This document shows positions 35,501-48,200 of a stretch of DNA of 64,000 nt, one piece after another (the first letter of the stretch is position 1; each line of letters begins with the position of its first letter). The notes beneath the pieces were generated by a model. That model did not search any database. It saw only the letters and a program-made list of their open reading frames with translations, and was not told the origin of the DNA. Source of the stretch: Protoeuglena noctilucae (Eukaryota); NCBI GenBank assembly GCA_958009085.1, contig OY253668.1, positions 186,001 through 250,000 on the forward strand, written 5' to 3'. The translations under genes were made by a program, and so were the position numbers.

Positions 35501-38500
35501 GGCAGGGCCTTGCTTACATGCCAGCGTGACCTGTCCCATTCGCCCCACGACCTTTGCCTGCTTCCCTGACCTGCAGTCGGACCTCCCCACATCCCTGGAT
35601 GGCACCCCGTACCTCTCTCTATTCCCCACATTTGAGAGCCTTTTCTGCGCCTACACCCGCCCGCCATCCTCGCGGCCAGGCACGGCAGGGAGGGGCGCCC
35701 CCGTCGACGCGCTCCGTGCGGCGTTGCAGGGGTGCCTGGCGTGGGTGGGGAGGGAGCTGGAGCGCGCAGCGCGGCGGGAGCGGAGCGAGGGTGCGGGAGT
35801 GCAGACGCTACCGCTGTCGTGGGAACCGTCGCCGGCGGAGTTGGCGGTGCTGCAGGTGAGCCGAGTTGCTGCGAAGAGTTCGACAGTGCGGCAGGCAAGC
35901 AGGGGCGCTGCGGGCTAGTTGGTGGCGCGGTCACATGCGACCTGGCAAGTCCCGTCTGACAATCCCAGCACATGCAGCCCATGCTCGCGCCCTGCACATG
36001 TGTCTAGCGCGTGCAGCATGGAGCCTCGACCTTGACAGGGAGCGCTCCATCCTCAGCCCCAGCTGCCCCACTGCCCCAGCTGTCCCACGGCCCTTGCTGT
36101 GCGAGAGCCTCGGCTGCCCCGCAGCCCCTGCTGTAGCCTCGGCTGTCCCTTGACAGCGTTCCGGCTGCCCCGTCTCCCCAGGCCCGTTCCCCGTCCCGCG
36201 TCGTGGTGCGCTGTCGGACAGTGGAGGAGCACCCGGAGGCCCTGGAGGCTGCGGTGCTGGCGATGCGGCTGGGTCGGCTGACGGGGCGGTTGGTGGGGTG
36301 GGAGTTGGACGGAGAGGTGTCGGTGCGGGACGAGGGGACGGGGCGCGTGGGGTGCGCTGGGGTGTGGATGGGGAGAGACCTGGACGCAGACGTGGAGGAG
36401 GCAGTGAGGGAGGCGGCCTCACGAGCGCGCGTGGCGCAGGCAGCTGAGGGGCGGGGTGCGAGGGGCGTGGGGCGTGGGGGGGGTCAGAGGGCGGCAGAGG
36501 AGGGCGGAAATGCGGGGGACGGGGAGGACCGAGGAGGAGAGGCGTGGAACGTGATGTTGGCCTGGTCGGCACGAAGCACGGTGGACCTGGGGCCGCTGCT
36601 TACGGAGCAGGTGGGGAGGAGGTCTGCGAAACGCACCCCGTTGGTTTCCATTTCCATATCACGAACTTGACCTGGCAGGTGCATGCATCATGGGTGAAGT
36701 GCCAGTGCATTGATGATATGGTGGGTCACCGTCGCTGGTGCATGTTGGGAGCTAAGTGTCCAGGCAGCTTGTGCCCTGCGTTGTGAGTCGGCCCCCACGC
36801 ACAGCTCGCCACCCCCGCAGAAGGCGAACCACTTTCCCAACATCCGGCAGCTGGCCCGCAAGGATCTCCTGGCCAGGCACTTGGCCCGGTGGCAGCGGGT
36901 GGCGGCCGGCAACCCACGCTTGGCTTCCGTCCTCGCCTGCATGCCCTCCACCTTCGTCCTGCCCTCCGACTGGCCCGAATTCGAATACGTCTTCGCCACT
37001 GCGGGGGGTAACGACGTCCCCATGCCCCAGGTAAGGGACCAAGAGCATGTGGGCATGCGATGGCACGTCACGTGTGCTTGCGTGCCCTCAACAACCGTCG
37101 AGCAACGCCCAGGCAGGGCGTCGTCAGAGAGTGTAGTCATCGGACGCTTGCTAAGCTTGGAGCATGGATGAGTGATCGTCCTTCCCAATGCCACCTGCAG
37201 GGCATGCCCCCACCGCCCCCCACGGTGCCCGCCCAGCCCGCCCCCCTCAACCTCTGGCTGGCCAAGCCCGCCACGCAGTCCCGTGGCCGCGGCATCGCCT
37301 TCGTCCACAGCGCCGACCACGCCCAGCGTCTCTGCCACCCTCGCGCGACCCCAGCCTCCGATCGCGAACAGTACGTGGTGCAGCGCTACGTCGCCGACCC
37401 CCTCCTCATCGACGGTCGCAAGTTCGATCTGCGCGTGTACGTCCTCGTCACCTCTTCCGAACCCCTCGAGGCCTTCGTCTACCAGGAGGGCTTTGCCAGG
37501 TTCTGCGGCACAGACTACGACGTCACCGGTCCCGACCTGGCGGGCCATTTGACCAACGTGGCGTTCCAAAGAGACGCGGCTAAGAACGGCGGGAAGGCAG
37601 AGACCTCGCTGCCGCTGTCCATCACACACGGGGGCAGGGTGGCGGGCGGTGAGCCTAGGCCGGCGGGGGTGGAGGGCGGGGCGGGGGGTGGTGCAGGTGG
37701 CGATGGGGCGGCTGGCGGGAAGGGGGCGGGGTGGGAGTGGGCGTTCGACGCTGCGGGGGACGAGGGGTGGCGGGAGCTGTGCGAGGAGTGGGCGGGGCTG
37801 GACGGTGGGACCAAGATACCCCTCTCGCGGCTGTGGGCACTGTTAGAGGAGCGCGGCATGCCCGGGCGTGCCGCCGTGTGGCCGCAGGTGAGTTGGGCAA
37901 GAATTGCGGCGATGGCGTGGGTCGTCATGTGGTGATAGCGACCGACGCCGTCTTCACAGTGGTTGTTTGCAAATGTGCTCGGCATGGACACGCACAGGGG
38001 TGCCCCAGAGGCCAAGCCCGGTCTCCCACCACCTCACCATCATCCCTCTGCCCATTCCCCCAGGTCTGCGCCTGCGTCCTGGCGGCCCTGTTCGCGGTGC
38101 AGGGCGAGGTGGAGAGCCCGCCCTCGTGCTTTGAACTCCTCGGCTTCGACGTCCTCCTCGACGCCCGTGGCCGCACCTGGCTCCTCGAGGCCAATACGAG
38201 CCCGTCCATGGAGATGCACACGCCCCTGGACCGCGCCGTCAAGGCCCGGCTCTGGCACGACGTTCTGGCGGCCGTCCGCCCCGCGCCCTTCGACCGCCTG
38301 GAGCTCATCCGGGTGCTGCAGAGGCGCCTGGGACTCGCGGGGAGGAGGGCGGGGCGCGGGAGGGGGCTGCTGCTGGGGACCCAGGTGAGCTGGCAACACG
38401 TGGCGCAGGGCACGTAGCACGTGGGGCGTAGCACGTTGCTGGCCGCATCGGCCCCATGGTGCTTGTTACATGCGACACCCAACGTCCACTAGCATCGTCC

Positions 38501-38729
38501 GATACCTGTTCACTAGCACCGATTGATACGTGACTCACCCCCCACCCCACCCCAGGCCGGGGATCGCCAGGTCTGCGCCGATGACCTGGCGGCGATTTTC
38601 CAGGGCCGCCGTCCCCGGTCCGTCGGCGAGGACCCCTCCCACCTGGGCCTTTTCGAGCGCCTGGCGCCTTCCAAGCTCTACGGTCACCTACAGCGCCTGC
38701 GCCACCCGCGGCTGCCCTCGGGGAGGTGA
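32502..38729 (+). CDS. Tubulin-tyrosine ligase-like (TTLL) polyglutamylase-type enzyme with long low-complexity N-terminus
   Basis: NHFP...LARKDLL, MPSTFVLP, WLAKP..QSRGRGI, VVQRYVADPLLIDGRKFDLRVYVLVTS, EGFARF, HLTN, CFELLGFDVLLD...WLLEANTSPSM. The TTL domain (about 36.2-38.7 kb) is secure; joining it to the exons at 32.5-36 kb is inferred. Confidence 0.85.
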
Positions 38730-39267
38730 TGGACTTTGTGGAAACCATGGCTGGGCTGGGCGGGCTATGACCAAGCAGACTGTCGACCATGGCTGGGCAT
38801 CCTTGACCATACATAAACACCTTGGACCCATGATAAAGCACCGGAGATCATGACATGACCAAGCACTGGTGATTATGGCCGGGTGGCACCCAGAACGGCA
38901 TAGCCTGCATCCTTGCACCCTCACGCGACTCGTCGACGACCAATCCACCTCGCATTGGATGGCAAGCAGATCGCCCGTCGTTGCGTCCCTTTCCCATAAT
39001 CTCTTCCCGCACTCCTGTCTGTCTACTTCGCCAAGCTATCTTCAACCAACTAGGATAGGTAGCTCGACACAGTTCGTAGGGATAAGCCTGTGCCTTAGGA
39101 CAGGCATTGAATGGGCGTGTCCAGTCCCTGGCATAGAGAAACGATGGAGGGAAGTAGTACTAGTTTAGGTCCAGTGCGACGGGGGCGCGCTCGCGAGAAA
39201 AACACCTCGGCTATGCCATGCAGCAAGCATGGCGCGGGGTGGGTGGGTGCTGGCAGCCCACGGCGGC

Positions 39268-42200
39268 TCAAGCGCCGACCGCCCGCAGCCCCGCAGTGCG
39301 CGCCACGAGCCCGCGGGCAAGCCCGGTCCGCCGGAGCGCCCCCCAAGGCCGCACCGCCACCTGCCGCAGAGCGCACGGTGCGAGCGGCACACGCAGCGGC
39401 GCCCCCGCCGCCCCTGAGCTCATCCCACTTTGCGGTGTCCGCCGCACCGCCCCTCGCGCCTGCGCTCCACCTCCCATGGCCCTCGGCACCGTGGTCTCCT
39501 TCCCTGATGCTGGCATGGGCATCCCCCACTCCTCCGCCAGCCGACCCGTGTCCTCAATTATCTCCACACGGATCCCTGAGACGGCAACGCAGAGGCAGAC
39601 ACTCATTAGCTTTTCTTGGCAACGCAACACTAAGACTAAGAAAGGTGACGGTGAACGCCCCCCGCCCCAAGGGCCATCGATGAACGAAGGCCGGTCCCAG
39701 GCAGCTTGCAGCGTCCCGTCAGCCGCGCTCCGCCACTCACCCGGCCGCCCCCTGCGCTCCGCCCCGTCCCCGTTCGCCCATGGCCTGGCACCCCCGGACC
39801 CCGAGGCGGCCCCGGCGGTGTTCGCCCCGTCCGAGTCCCTCGGGGCCTGCAGAAGGCGCCCCAGCTGCTCCCCGACGTCCGCGAGCTCAAAGTCGTACGG
39901 AATGGAGATGAAACCAGACTCCCACACTGCGTCGCGGGCGTCGCGAAGTGGGAGTCAGGGACGCGCACATGCGGGGCGACATGCACAGGATCCGACCCAG
40001 CGGTGACCAAGCAGCGGTGCGGTCACGGACGAGCAAGCGCAGATCTGTGACTGCCACGGCGGGGCGTGCCAGCTGTCTTCCAGTGCCGCCCCAGCACACA
40101 CACAGTGTCACCGCTCTCCTAGTGCCGCCCTCACCGTCGTAGCAGTCATCGATGGCGATGGAAGTGTCCGACAGGTCAATTGCGGCTGCAATGCGCGGGG
40201 CGGCCTCAACGAGCCTCCGCACGGCCGCGAGCACCGGCGCCTGGTCCGACACGGCGCACACCCGGATGACATGCTTGGCACCCAGGGCCAGGCGCGCCTG
40301 CTCCAGCAGCGCGTCCTCCTCCGCCCGCATCTCCATCACCTCGTCCGCCTGCAAGGACGAACGGAGTCGCCAAACATCAATGCCAAGTGTGGGTCTCGCC
40401 AGCCAGCGCAGGCGATACCAAATTTGACTCGCTCGTCGCACAGCCCTGCTCGCGCACTCCGCCTCGCAAGGCTACTGAGGTGATCCGCTCGCCTTTTCCG
40501 ACGCGGCCGCGCTGGCTTCCGACGCGAGGAACTCGAGCAGACGCGAGGCGGGGCAGTCGCACCGCACTTGCAGCACACTCGAAGCGGGGAGGAAGTCCAC
40601 CATAGGAGCGGTCATGTCGCTGTGCACCAGCACTGCGAAGCAGACGAGGCGGCGGGGGTTTCAAGGACCTGTCCGGCGCGGGCTGGGGCGGGCTGGGGGC
40701 GTTTGGGCCGGGGTGATGCATAGCCGCATGTGGGTGCAGCTTGGTGACCCTCGCACGCACGCGGAGGGCCCGGGGCAGGGCAACGACGCGAGTTCGAGTC
40801 ATGCCGCGGCACCTGAGAAGGAGAAGACTGCGTTGGAGAGCTTGGCGGTGACCTCGTCCCTCCGCTGGAGGATGCCCCCGGCCCAAATGACGAAGCGTTG
40901 GAGGTCGCCCTCGGTGCGGGAGTCGCACCAGACGTTCTGGACGCCGAGCACGTCGCGGACGGGGCTGGCGAGCTCCCGCGTGCGCCGCTGCCAGTACGAC
41001 GTGAGGCGGGTGAGGGAGCGGGCACGGTCGAGGTCGAGGGTTTGAATCGCGTCAGCGAGCCGCTCCGCGTCGGCCACCAGGAGCACCGTGCCGTCGTCCG
41101 TGAGGGCGCTCGTGCCCGTCATGGTCATCGGGACCGCGTCCGGGTGGAAGACACGCACCGCGAGCCCGGCCATGAGGGCGTCGTTGCCTGCGCCGCAGCA
41201 TGCGGTCTCCAGGCCCTCCCGCAGCACCTGCGCGGGCGGGGCGCCGCGTAAATGAAGCGCGAATCCATCGCGAGAGCTGCGGTGCCCGGCGATCGCAGGG
41301 GCGCGCGCCCGCTCGCCTCCAGGGACTCCATCTGCCGCAGCTGCTCCGCCGGGCTCAGGGCGAATTCCCCGCCGAGCTCGAGGGACAGCAGCCCGAACGC
41401 CTCCTCGCACGCCGTAGCATCTTCCCGGATCCTCTGCCGCAACCGCTCGTGCTGGGCCGCCTGCGTCGGGGGCGCGCGGGGCGATGTCGACGTGGATGTC
41501 GACGTCGATTCGAGACCGGCCGGCCGCGTGCGCGACGGGCCGCCCGCGGACCCCCGGGGGTGCGCGATCGGACAAACATGAGCGGAATCACCTGTTGTGA
41601 TGCCTCTGCGACTGTCCGGTTGAGCCAGTCGAGAAAGTCGACCTGGTTGACATCGGCATCCTTGCTGAACGAGCCCACGCCGCTGGTGAGGTCCTCGACG
41701 CTGATGAGGCCGAAGGCGAAGAAAAGGGGTCCCAAAGAGCCATGCGCGGGGAGCTCGCACTGCGGAGGGGCAAACGCGACGCAGCGATGTCACAGGATGG
41801 CCCCCCGCCAGGGCGCAGCCACGCGGCGCGCCGAGAGCTATAGGGGGGGGACAGACCCTACCGCGGTGTCACTCCACGCGCGCGATGTTACGTAAGCGAG
41901 ACACCAAGCGAGCGCGCGGGCCCGCCGCCGCGGCGCGGCAGGGAACACGGACGCACCTGTATTTTGGAGAGGCCCTCCCCCTCTCGGACATAAAACTCCA
42001 CGAGGCCCGGCTGTGGGGAACGCCGGTTCGATAACGCCTCCACGTAGTTGTTCAGGATGGACAGGGACTGGGAGTTGCGCGCGCAGGCGAAAGGGTGCGA
42101 CTGCGGGCGCGCAGGGGGCCGGGCGCGGCGATTCGCGCGACGCCGGGCGGGCGGTCACCACTCGACAGTATTTAACATGGTACGAAGGTCGTTCCGCGCC

Positions 42201-42380
42201 CGGGGCGCGCGACGGCGGGCCAGCGCAGCGCGGCACGTCGGGGCCGCGGATGCAAGGCCTGGGGAACGGCCCCCACCCTCCCCCCGGGGGCTCGACAGGG
42301 CGCCGGGGCCTCACCGAGAACAAGTCCGGATGCACCCTGCGCACGACGGCGCGAACGAGCTTCCGCGCGTTCCCATCCAT
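39268..42380 (-). CDS. TCAIM-like (DUF4460/DUF4461) protein
   Basis: N-terminal VRRVHPDLFS|SHPFACARNSQSLSILNNYV (DUF4460-type HPDLF...N..SL..L) and a C-terminal GFISIPYDF motif. Confidence 0.7.
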
Positions 42381-42733
42381 CCGTCCCAGCTCCCCCTTTT
42401 TGACCCGCCTGCCGAGACGTCGAGACGAGAACTTCGTCGCTCCCGGAATAGCGACTCGCCCGCGAACTTGTCCCGCGCACGCGCGTCGGCCACTCGCTTC
42501 TGTCGCCGGGAGGCTGGGGTTCGGGATTACCCTCGGAGTCAGACGGGACGCTTTTCAGGTCGATGAGAGGCTCTGCGAACACGCAGCTTCGCAAATGAGC
42601 CCGTCGACATTGCCATCGAGCCGCACAGCAACTGTCACCGAAGGTTAGGGTTCGAGCAAGAGAGCTCTCCGTCCCGGCCCTCCAGCCGCAAGTTCTCCGC
42701 CACCAGAAGCCCTGGTAGTGCGGAGAGTATCTC

Positions 42734-42857
42734 GTGAGTGGAGAGGCGTGGCATTTTAGAGCGCTAAGGGTGCCAAAATTCAGCTTCGCGTGCGCAGACC
42801 ACAACAGCACTTCGACAGCATTTCGGGGACCAAACGCTCCTACTACATCGTTCGCAG
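42734..42857 (+). other. Probable 5' UTR intron of the HIR gene
   Basis: GTGAGT donor at 42734 and TTCGCAG acceptor ending at 42857, 6 nt upstream of the candidate GUG. Confidence 0.6.
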
Positions 42858-42863
42858 GGCACC

Positions 42864-44244
42864 GTGGGCCAGACTTGCTCCTGCTGCTTCGCCTGCGTGG
42901 GCACGAACACCGTTGCGGTCATCGAGCGATGCGGAAAATACCATCGCATGGCCAGTGCGGGTTGCAACGTCGCTTGCTGTTGCTTGGGAGACTTCGTGCG
43001 GGGCTATCTGTCCTTGCGAGTCCAACAACTTGACGTGACCGTCGAGACGAAAACTTTGGATTCGGTGTTCGTCAAAATCGTCATCTCGGTGCAGTACAAC
43101 GTGCTGCCAGAGAAGCAGTACGAAGGTGAGGGACGCACTGCGGGCCATCTGTCTCTTAGATGGAGCTCCTTCTCCGCAGAGGGGGCCTGGAGGCCACGTG
43201 ACACCAAAGCAGTTGGTGGCTGGAGCTCCTGGAGATTCATTCACGCGCCGTCTCGCTCGTGTTCGCAGCCTTCTACAAGCTGACGGACACGAGGGCGCAA
43301 ATCACGGCGTACGTGTTTGACGTCGTGCGCTCGACCGTCCCCAAGCTGAACCTCGACGAGGTCTTCACCTCCAAGGTCGAGATCGCACAGGACGTGAAGG
43401 AGGAGCTGGTGAGACCACAGCGCAGGGCTCGGCGCATGCTAGCACCGTCCTGCACACGCTAGCACCTGTGCGCTGCCGGCACTCGTCTCACGGGCACCCC
43501 GGCGTGCCTTCCTCGCAGTCCAAGAGCATGTCGGAGTTCGGATACGGCATCCTCCAGGCCCTGGTCACGGACATCGACCCCGACGCCCGCGTCAAGGAGA
43601 GCATGAACCAGATTAACGCCGCCAGCCGCCTGCGCCAGGCGGCCATCCACAGCGCCGAGGCCGACAAGCTGAGGGTCGTCAAGGCCGCGGAGGCCGACGC
43701 AGAGTCCAAGTACCTGCAGGGGCAGGGCATTGCGCGGCAGCGGTGAGTGCGAGCGCGGCAGTGCTTGGGAGAGTGCCGGCAGGGGCTCGGGAGAGCGTTG
43801 GGAGAAGGAAGGCGTGTAGCAGGCACGTAAGCGCATGTACCCACCATGCGTTGCATGGCCCACGCAGGCAAGCGATCATCAACGGCCTCCGCGACAGCGT
43901 CATTCAGTTCCAGGACAACGTGGACGGCATCTCGAGCAGAGACGTCGTCGAGATGATGCTGATGACGCAGGCGAGTGCGATGGCGTGGCAACGGCCCAGG
44001 AACTCGCAGCAAAGGATGCAAGAACGCACTGGCTTTCATACGGGCGTCCCCTGGATGGTGAAGAGTGCGATCCACTCTCCACCCGCAGTACTTCGACATG
44101 CTCAAGGACGTGGGCATGACCCCCGGGAACCACGCCATCTTCATGCCCCACACGCCCGGGAACGTGGCAGACGTCACGGCCCAGATCCGCGCAGGCTTCG
44201 CGCAGGCTGCTGCGCTCAACAGCAACACGGTGCGCATTGGCTGA
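42864..44244 (+). CDS. HIR: SPFH/band-7 hypersensitive-induced-response (HIR)-like protein; apparent GUG start
   Basis: (V/M)[11 protein letters not shown]...[110 protein letters not shown]. Confidence 0.95.
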
Positions 44245-44359
44245 GCCGACGCGGTTCACATGGGCGGAAACTTCCACAGCTGATGCTTGTCACACGTGCT
44301 CATTTGCCCATGCAACGCTCTAGATGGCGTGGGTTGGCGGAACTGCCTATGTCCGGGCT

Positions 44360-45060
44360 CTAGATCGCCCCCGTGAGGCTGGCGGAGATAGCGAGGAAAC
44401 TGATGAAGAGAATGATGTACAGAAACCAGTTCGTCATGGCCTTGTTCGGGGCCCCGCCGAGGGAGTAGTACTCGCGGCGCAGCCTCTCGCGCATGGCCGC
44501 GGACATCTCCTCCTTCTTCACGGGCGGCAGCTCGTCCACGTACGCGGTCTTTGGTGGCTGCGGAGGCGGGATCGCGGGCATTGGCACGGCGTGCAGCCGC
44601 TGGGGGGACGCCTCGCTTTGCGTTGTCCTGCGCTGCTCAGAAGGCCACACCTTGGCGCCCGCCGATGGCTCCTCCGTGACGGCCTCCAGGAACGACTTCT
44701 GCTGCTCCTGTGCCTGCTTCTGTTCGGGCTCCGCCGCGGTCCTGCAGGCACCTCCTGCAGACAATCAGATACTCGTGGGGCAAGCGAGCTCGAGAGGGCA
44801 TCGCGCGACCTATCGCCGCACACGTACTAAACTAGAGCTTCGGAAAAGCGTTAATCGGGCAATGTCCACGGCATGCTTGCCGCCACCGCGACGTGCGAGA
44901 GGGCCCCAGGCGCTTGGCTCACGCACATCGGACCCACTTGCCTGAGTTGCAGCTTAGAGCGTCGCGCAGCCATCCTAAACGGGCCTGCCGGACGGGAAGT
45001 TGCCGCGCGCGAAGAGGCGACGCGCGGCGCGCCCGCCCCCGCCTCCACCGTGGCAAGCAT
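44360..45060 (-). CDS. Small plastid-targeted single-TM protein of unknown function
   Basis: Transit-peptide-like exon 1 (MLATVEAGAGAPRVASSRAA) joined in frame through a GC-AG intron (donor 44941) to ...RERLRREYYSLGGAPNKAMTNWFLYIILFISFLAISASLTGAI*. Confidence 0.7.
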
Positions 45061-45257
45061 TTTGACGTACGCGTGCGACAGCAGGCGAGAGGGAGCTCGT
45101 CGAGGACAGGGTGGGTAGGTTGGTCTCCAGATCGCTGTCACGTCAACCTCAGGATTTCTCGCACACAACATCGCATTCGACGGCGCCTCGCAGGGTCCCT
45201 CTGGCGGTATGCCCTGGCGCTTGGCGCCGCGTTCTTGATGTGAGATTCGCCACATCC

Positions 45258-48200
45258 ATGGGCACAGTCTCCGCACTGGTATCAAGAGCATCACGCACGG
45301 CGCTCTCTGCGGCATGGCAGGCACCCATGGGCCACGTGGGGCGCCTCCACGACCTTGAGCGGGCCGTACGCCGACTCGCGCGCAGCTCCAGTGCCCGTGG
45401 AGCATCCTCGAAGAACGCATCGGGTAGTCTCGATGCCATCGTCGGGCTCCGGGGTCCTCGCGGGCGTCCGGAGCCCGGCGCTGCGCTGTGGCCCGGCGTA
45501 ACCAGGCCCTCCTCGCTGCCCGTCGGCGCCGCTTCCCATTCCTGGCGCGCCTCGGGCTGCAGTTTGCTACGTGTCCGGCCTTGGCGTCCCCCGCCGCGCC
45601 ATCCGGGGTCCTCTTGCCGCGGCGTCCGGTCACGAGCGACGCGCACTCTCCCCGAACTGATCAGGTGAGCCAGGCGGAGTGTTGCGAGCCGCGATGCGCC
45701 TTCCGCGCGCGTCCAGTCCTTCGCTATGAAAGTCTCTATCATTTCACACCCGCAGCGACCTGTTCCGCGCCGGCAAGCCTCCGCCGCTGTACGTCCCGGT
45801 CGCCCTCACCGATGCAGAGGCCTGCAGCGCCCTCAATCAGTGGCACAGCGGGGCGTTCCTGGTGACGGGCGGCTGCCATTCGCAGCATCGAGCGCATGGT
45901 TGGCGATGGCGAGGAACGTGCCGTGTGACGCGCCCTGTCCCCTGCGCTGGGCCCTCGCGCACCTGCCCACCCTCCCTCGGTATCCCATCCCCCAGGCCCC
46001 CGAGTCCATCGGGACATCCTCCGCGGACCCAGCCTTCGCCGTGACCCTCTCCTACCTCCCCTTCCGCTGCTATGACTTGGAGGCGTCTGTGCGGTGGCGG
46101 TCCGTGACATCGCGGCGGCAGGGGACGACCTGGGATGTGCAGGCGAGAGGGGGGCCAGTGGGAATGATGGTAGATGAGGCAATGGGAGAGAGAGATGGGA
46201 TGTGCATGCGAGAGGGGGGCAGTGGGGGAGATTTGGGCGCAAGGGTAAGATGGTTTCGTGGTCACGTCACATTGAGGCTGTGGGACAAGGTGCTGAGAGG
46301 AGCACAAAGTGCAGTGACTGCTGCGTCTGTCTCGTCCAATAGCCACAACCAATCCGTGCCATACGCAGGAGGGGCCATGGCATGACGTCGGGGAGCGTCG
46401 GTGGGGATGGGAAGAGCCAAGCATGCAGGTGTACGCCTCCTGCAGGTGCGGAGGCCGGTGACCCATTTGTTAACACTCTCCCCACCCTCTGACCCATTCT
46501 TTCTTCTTGCCGACTCCTACTCGTTGCCATGTGCTCGTCCCCTGCAGTGGCTCTCTTCCCTTTGAGTGTTACCCTTCCCAACGGGTGTTACCACTCCCCG
46601 CCTCGCACCCGTTCCCAGGTACCGCCGGGACCTTGCAAGGGCGGCCCCGGTGCCCCGGGCGGCGCGGTCGGCCTACCCTCTCCCAGCAAGCGCAGTGCAG
46701 GCGAAGGGCGGGGTGGGCGGAGATGCGCAGCGGGGTGCGGGGGCGGCGGGGGGGTATGCGGACGGGTGGGGTGGGCTGGGGTTGAACCAGGGTGGTGCAG
46801 AGGAGGGTGATTATGGGCAGACGAGGTTGGGGGGTGCGAGTGCGAGTGCGGGTGGGGGAGGCCGTGCGCGTGCGGACGGGGAGCATCCCGCGGCAGGGGA
46901 GGGTACGGATGGCATCAACTCGCGGCCTTCGCCCCTCAGGTGTGGCAATGAGACCCAGCCGCTCGCAGCAGCACATTCATAGTTGGGTGCCGACAGCTGT
47001 TGTATGGATGAGCGGGGTTACTAATCGCCTCCTGATGATAGCACTGGGCATTCGCGATGCTTCTGATCGGTCCTCTTTTTCAAAACGTGCTTTTCACTGT
47101 GACTAACCCCCACAGGGACAGCAGCACGGGTCGCCCCTCCCACGTGCCACCCGCCTCGGGCGGCAGTGGCGTGTCATTCGGTGCGGTGGCTCTGGATTTG
47201 CCAGACCTGTCGCCGGGCATCACTTTCGAGCTCATGACGCGGGGGCTGGTGGCGGAGCTGAGGAGGGAGTTTGGGGAAGGGCAGAAGAGGGACGCGGCGG
47301 AGGGGACAGTGGTGGAGGTGGAGGTGAGGGTGGGGGCAGAGAAGGGAATGGAGTCCTGGAGGCGTGCCGCTAGCATATGCAATGTAATCTGCAGGTGCAC
47401 GACTGACACCTCGGACTGTCCTTGCTAATTGCAAATGTTGTCCATTTGCAACCAATGCATCTGCGTCACTGATGTCAACTCCCCTTGCCTGCCTGTGAGC
47501 CCACGGTTCCCTCGCCACCGCTCGCTCTGCCCTCAGGTTCAACTCTCGCCCCTCTCCCACTCGTCTCGCCTGGTTTTCTTTCCCGCATACCACGTCAACT
47601 ACTCGGTAGGCACATCGACCAACGCAGCCGGAGAGAAGGTGGGGGCACACCCCAACCAAGGCTAGCATGCCTATCAACACTCACCATTCTGCTTAGTAAT
47701 TATTACTCACCGACATGCCTCTCTTGTCTTTCCCGGCACCTAAGGACTAGTGCCAACCATGCTGCTCAGTCCCTCACCATTACTTACTGACTCTCTCACC
47801 ATAACCCCACTCGTCCCTCCAGGTCCCTGACGAGTATGAGGCGATGGTGGGCGCTGCGTCAGGCGCAGGTGTCGTGTCAGAACGGCACGTGTCGGGGCCC
47901 AAGGCGGCGGCATTGGCCACGGGCGCGTCCTCGCTCGGATTCGCGGCGCTTGGGATGCTGTCCGGAGGCACGGGGATCGGGGAAGGCATTGCCGTGGGGG
48001 CGGGGGCGGGGGCGGGTGCAGCGGCAGATGCTGTGGGGGGGGCGCTGTCCGGGGTGGCGACGCCAGAGTTTGCGGTGTTCACGGTGGTGGCGGGGGCGCT
48101 GGCGCGCATGGCGGCGCAGGCGGTGACGCGCGAGCGGAGGAGGAGAGAGGAGGAGGAGCGCGTGAGGTGATGTAGTGCGGGTGCTGTTCTCTAGTAATGG

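Noticed and set aside
42643..42652. GGTTAGGGTT as telomerase RNA template or telo-box
   Set aside because: Single 10-mer inside a probable HIR 5' UTR exon, with no snRNA-type promoter or T-run terminator visible on the template strand. Chance or a promoter motif cannot be distinguished.
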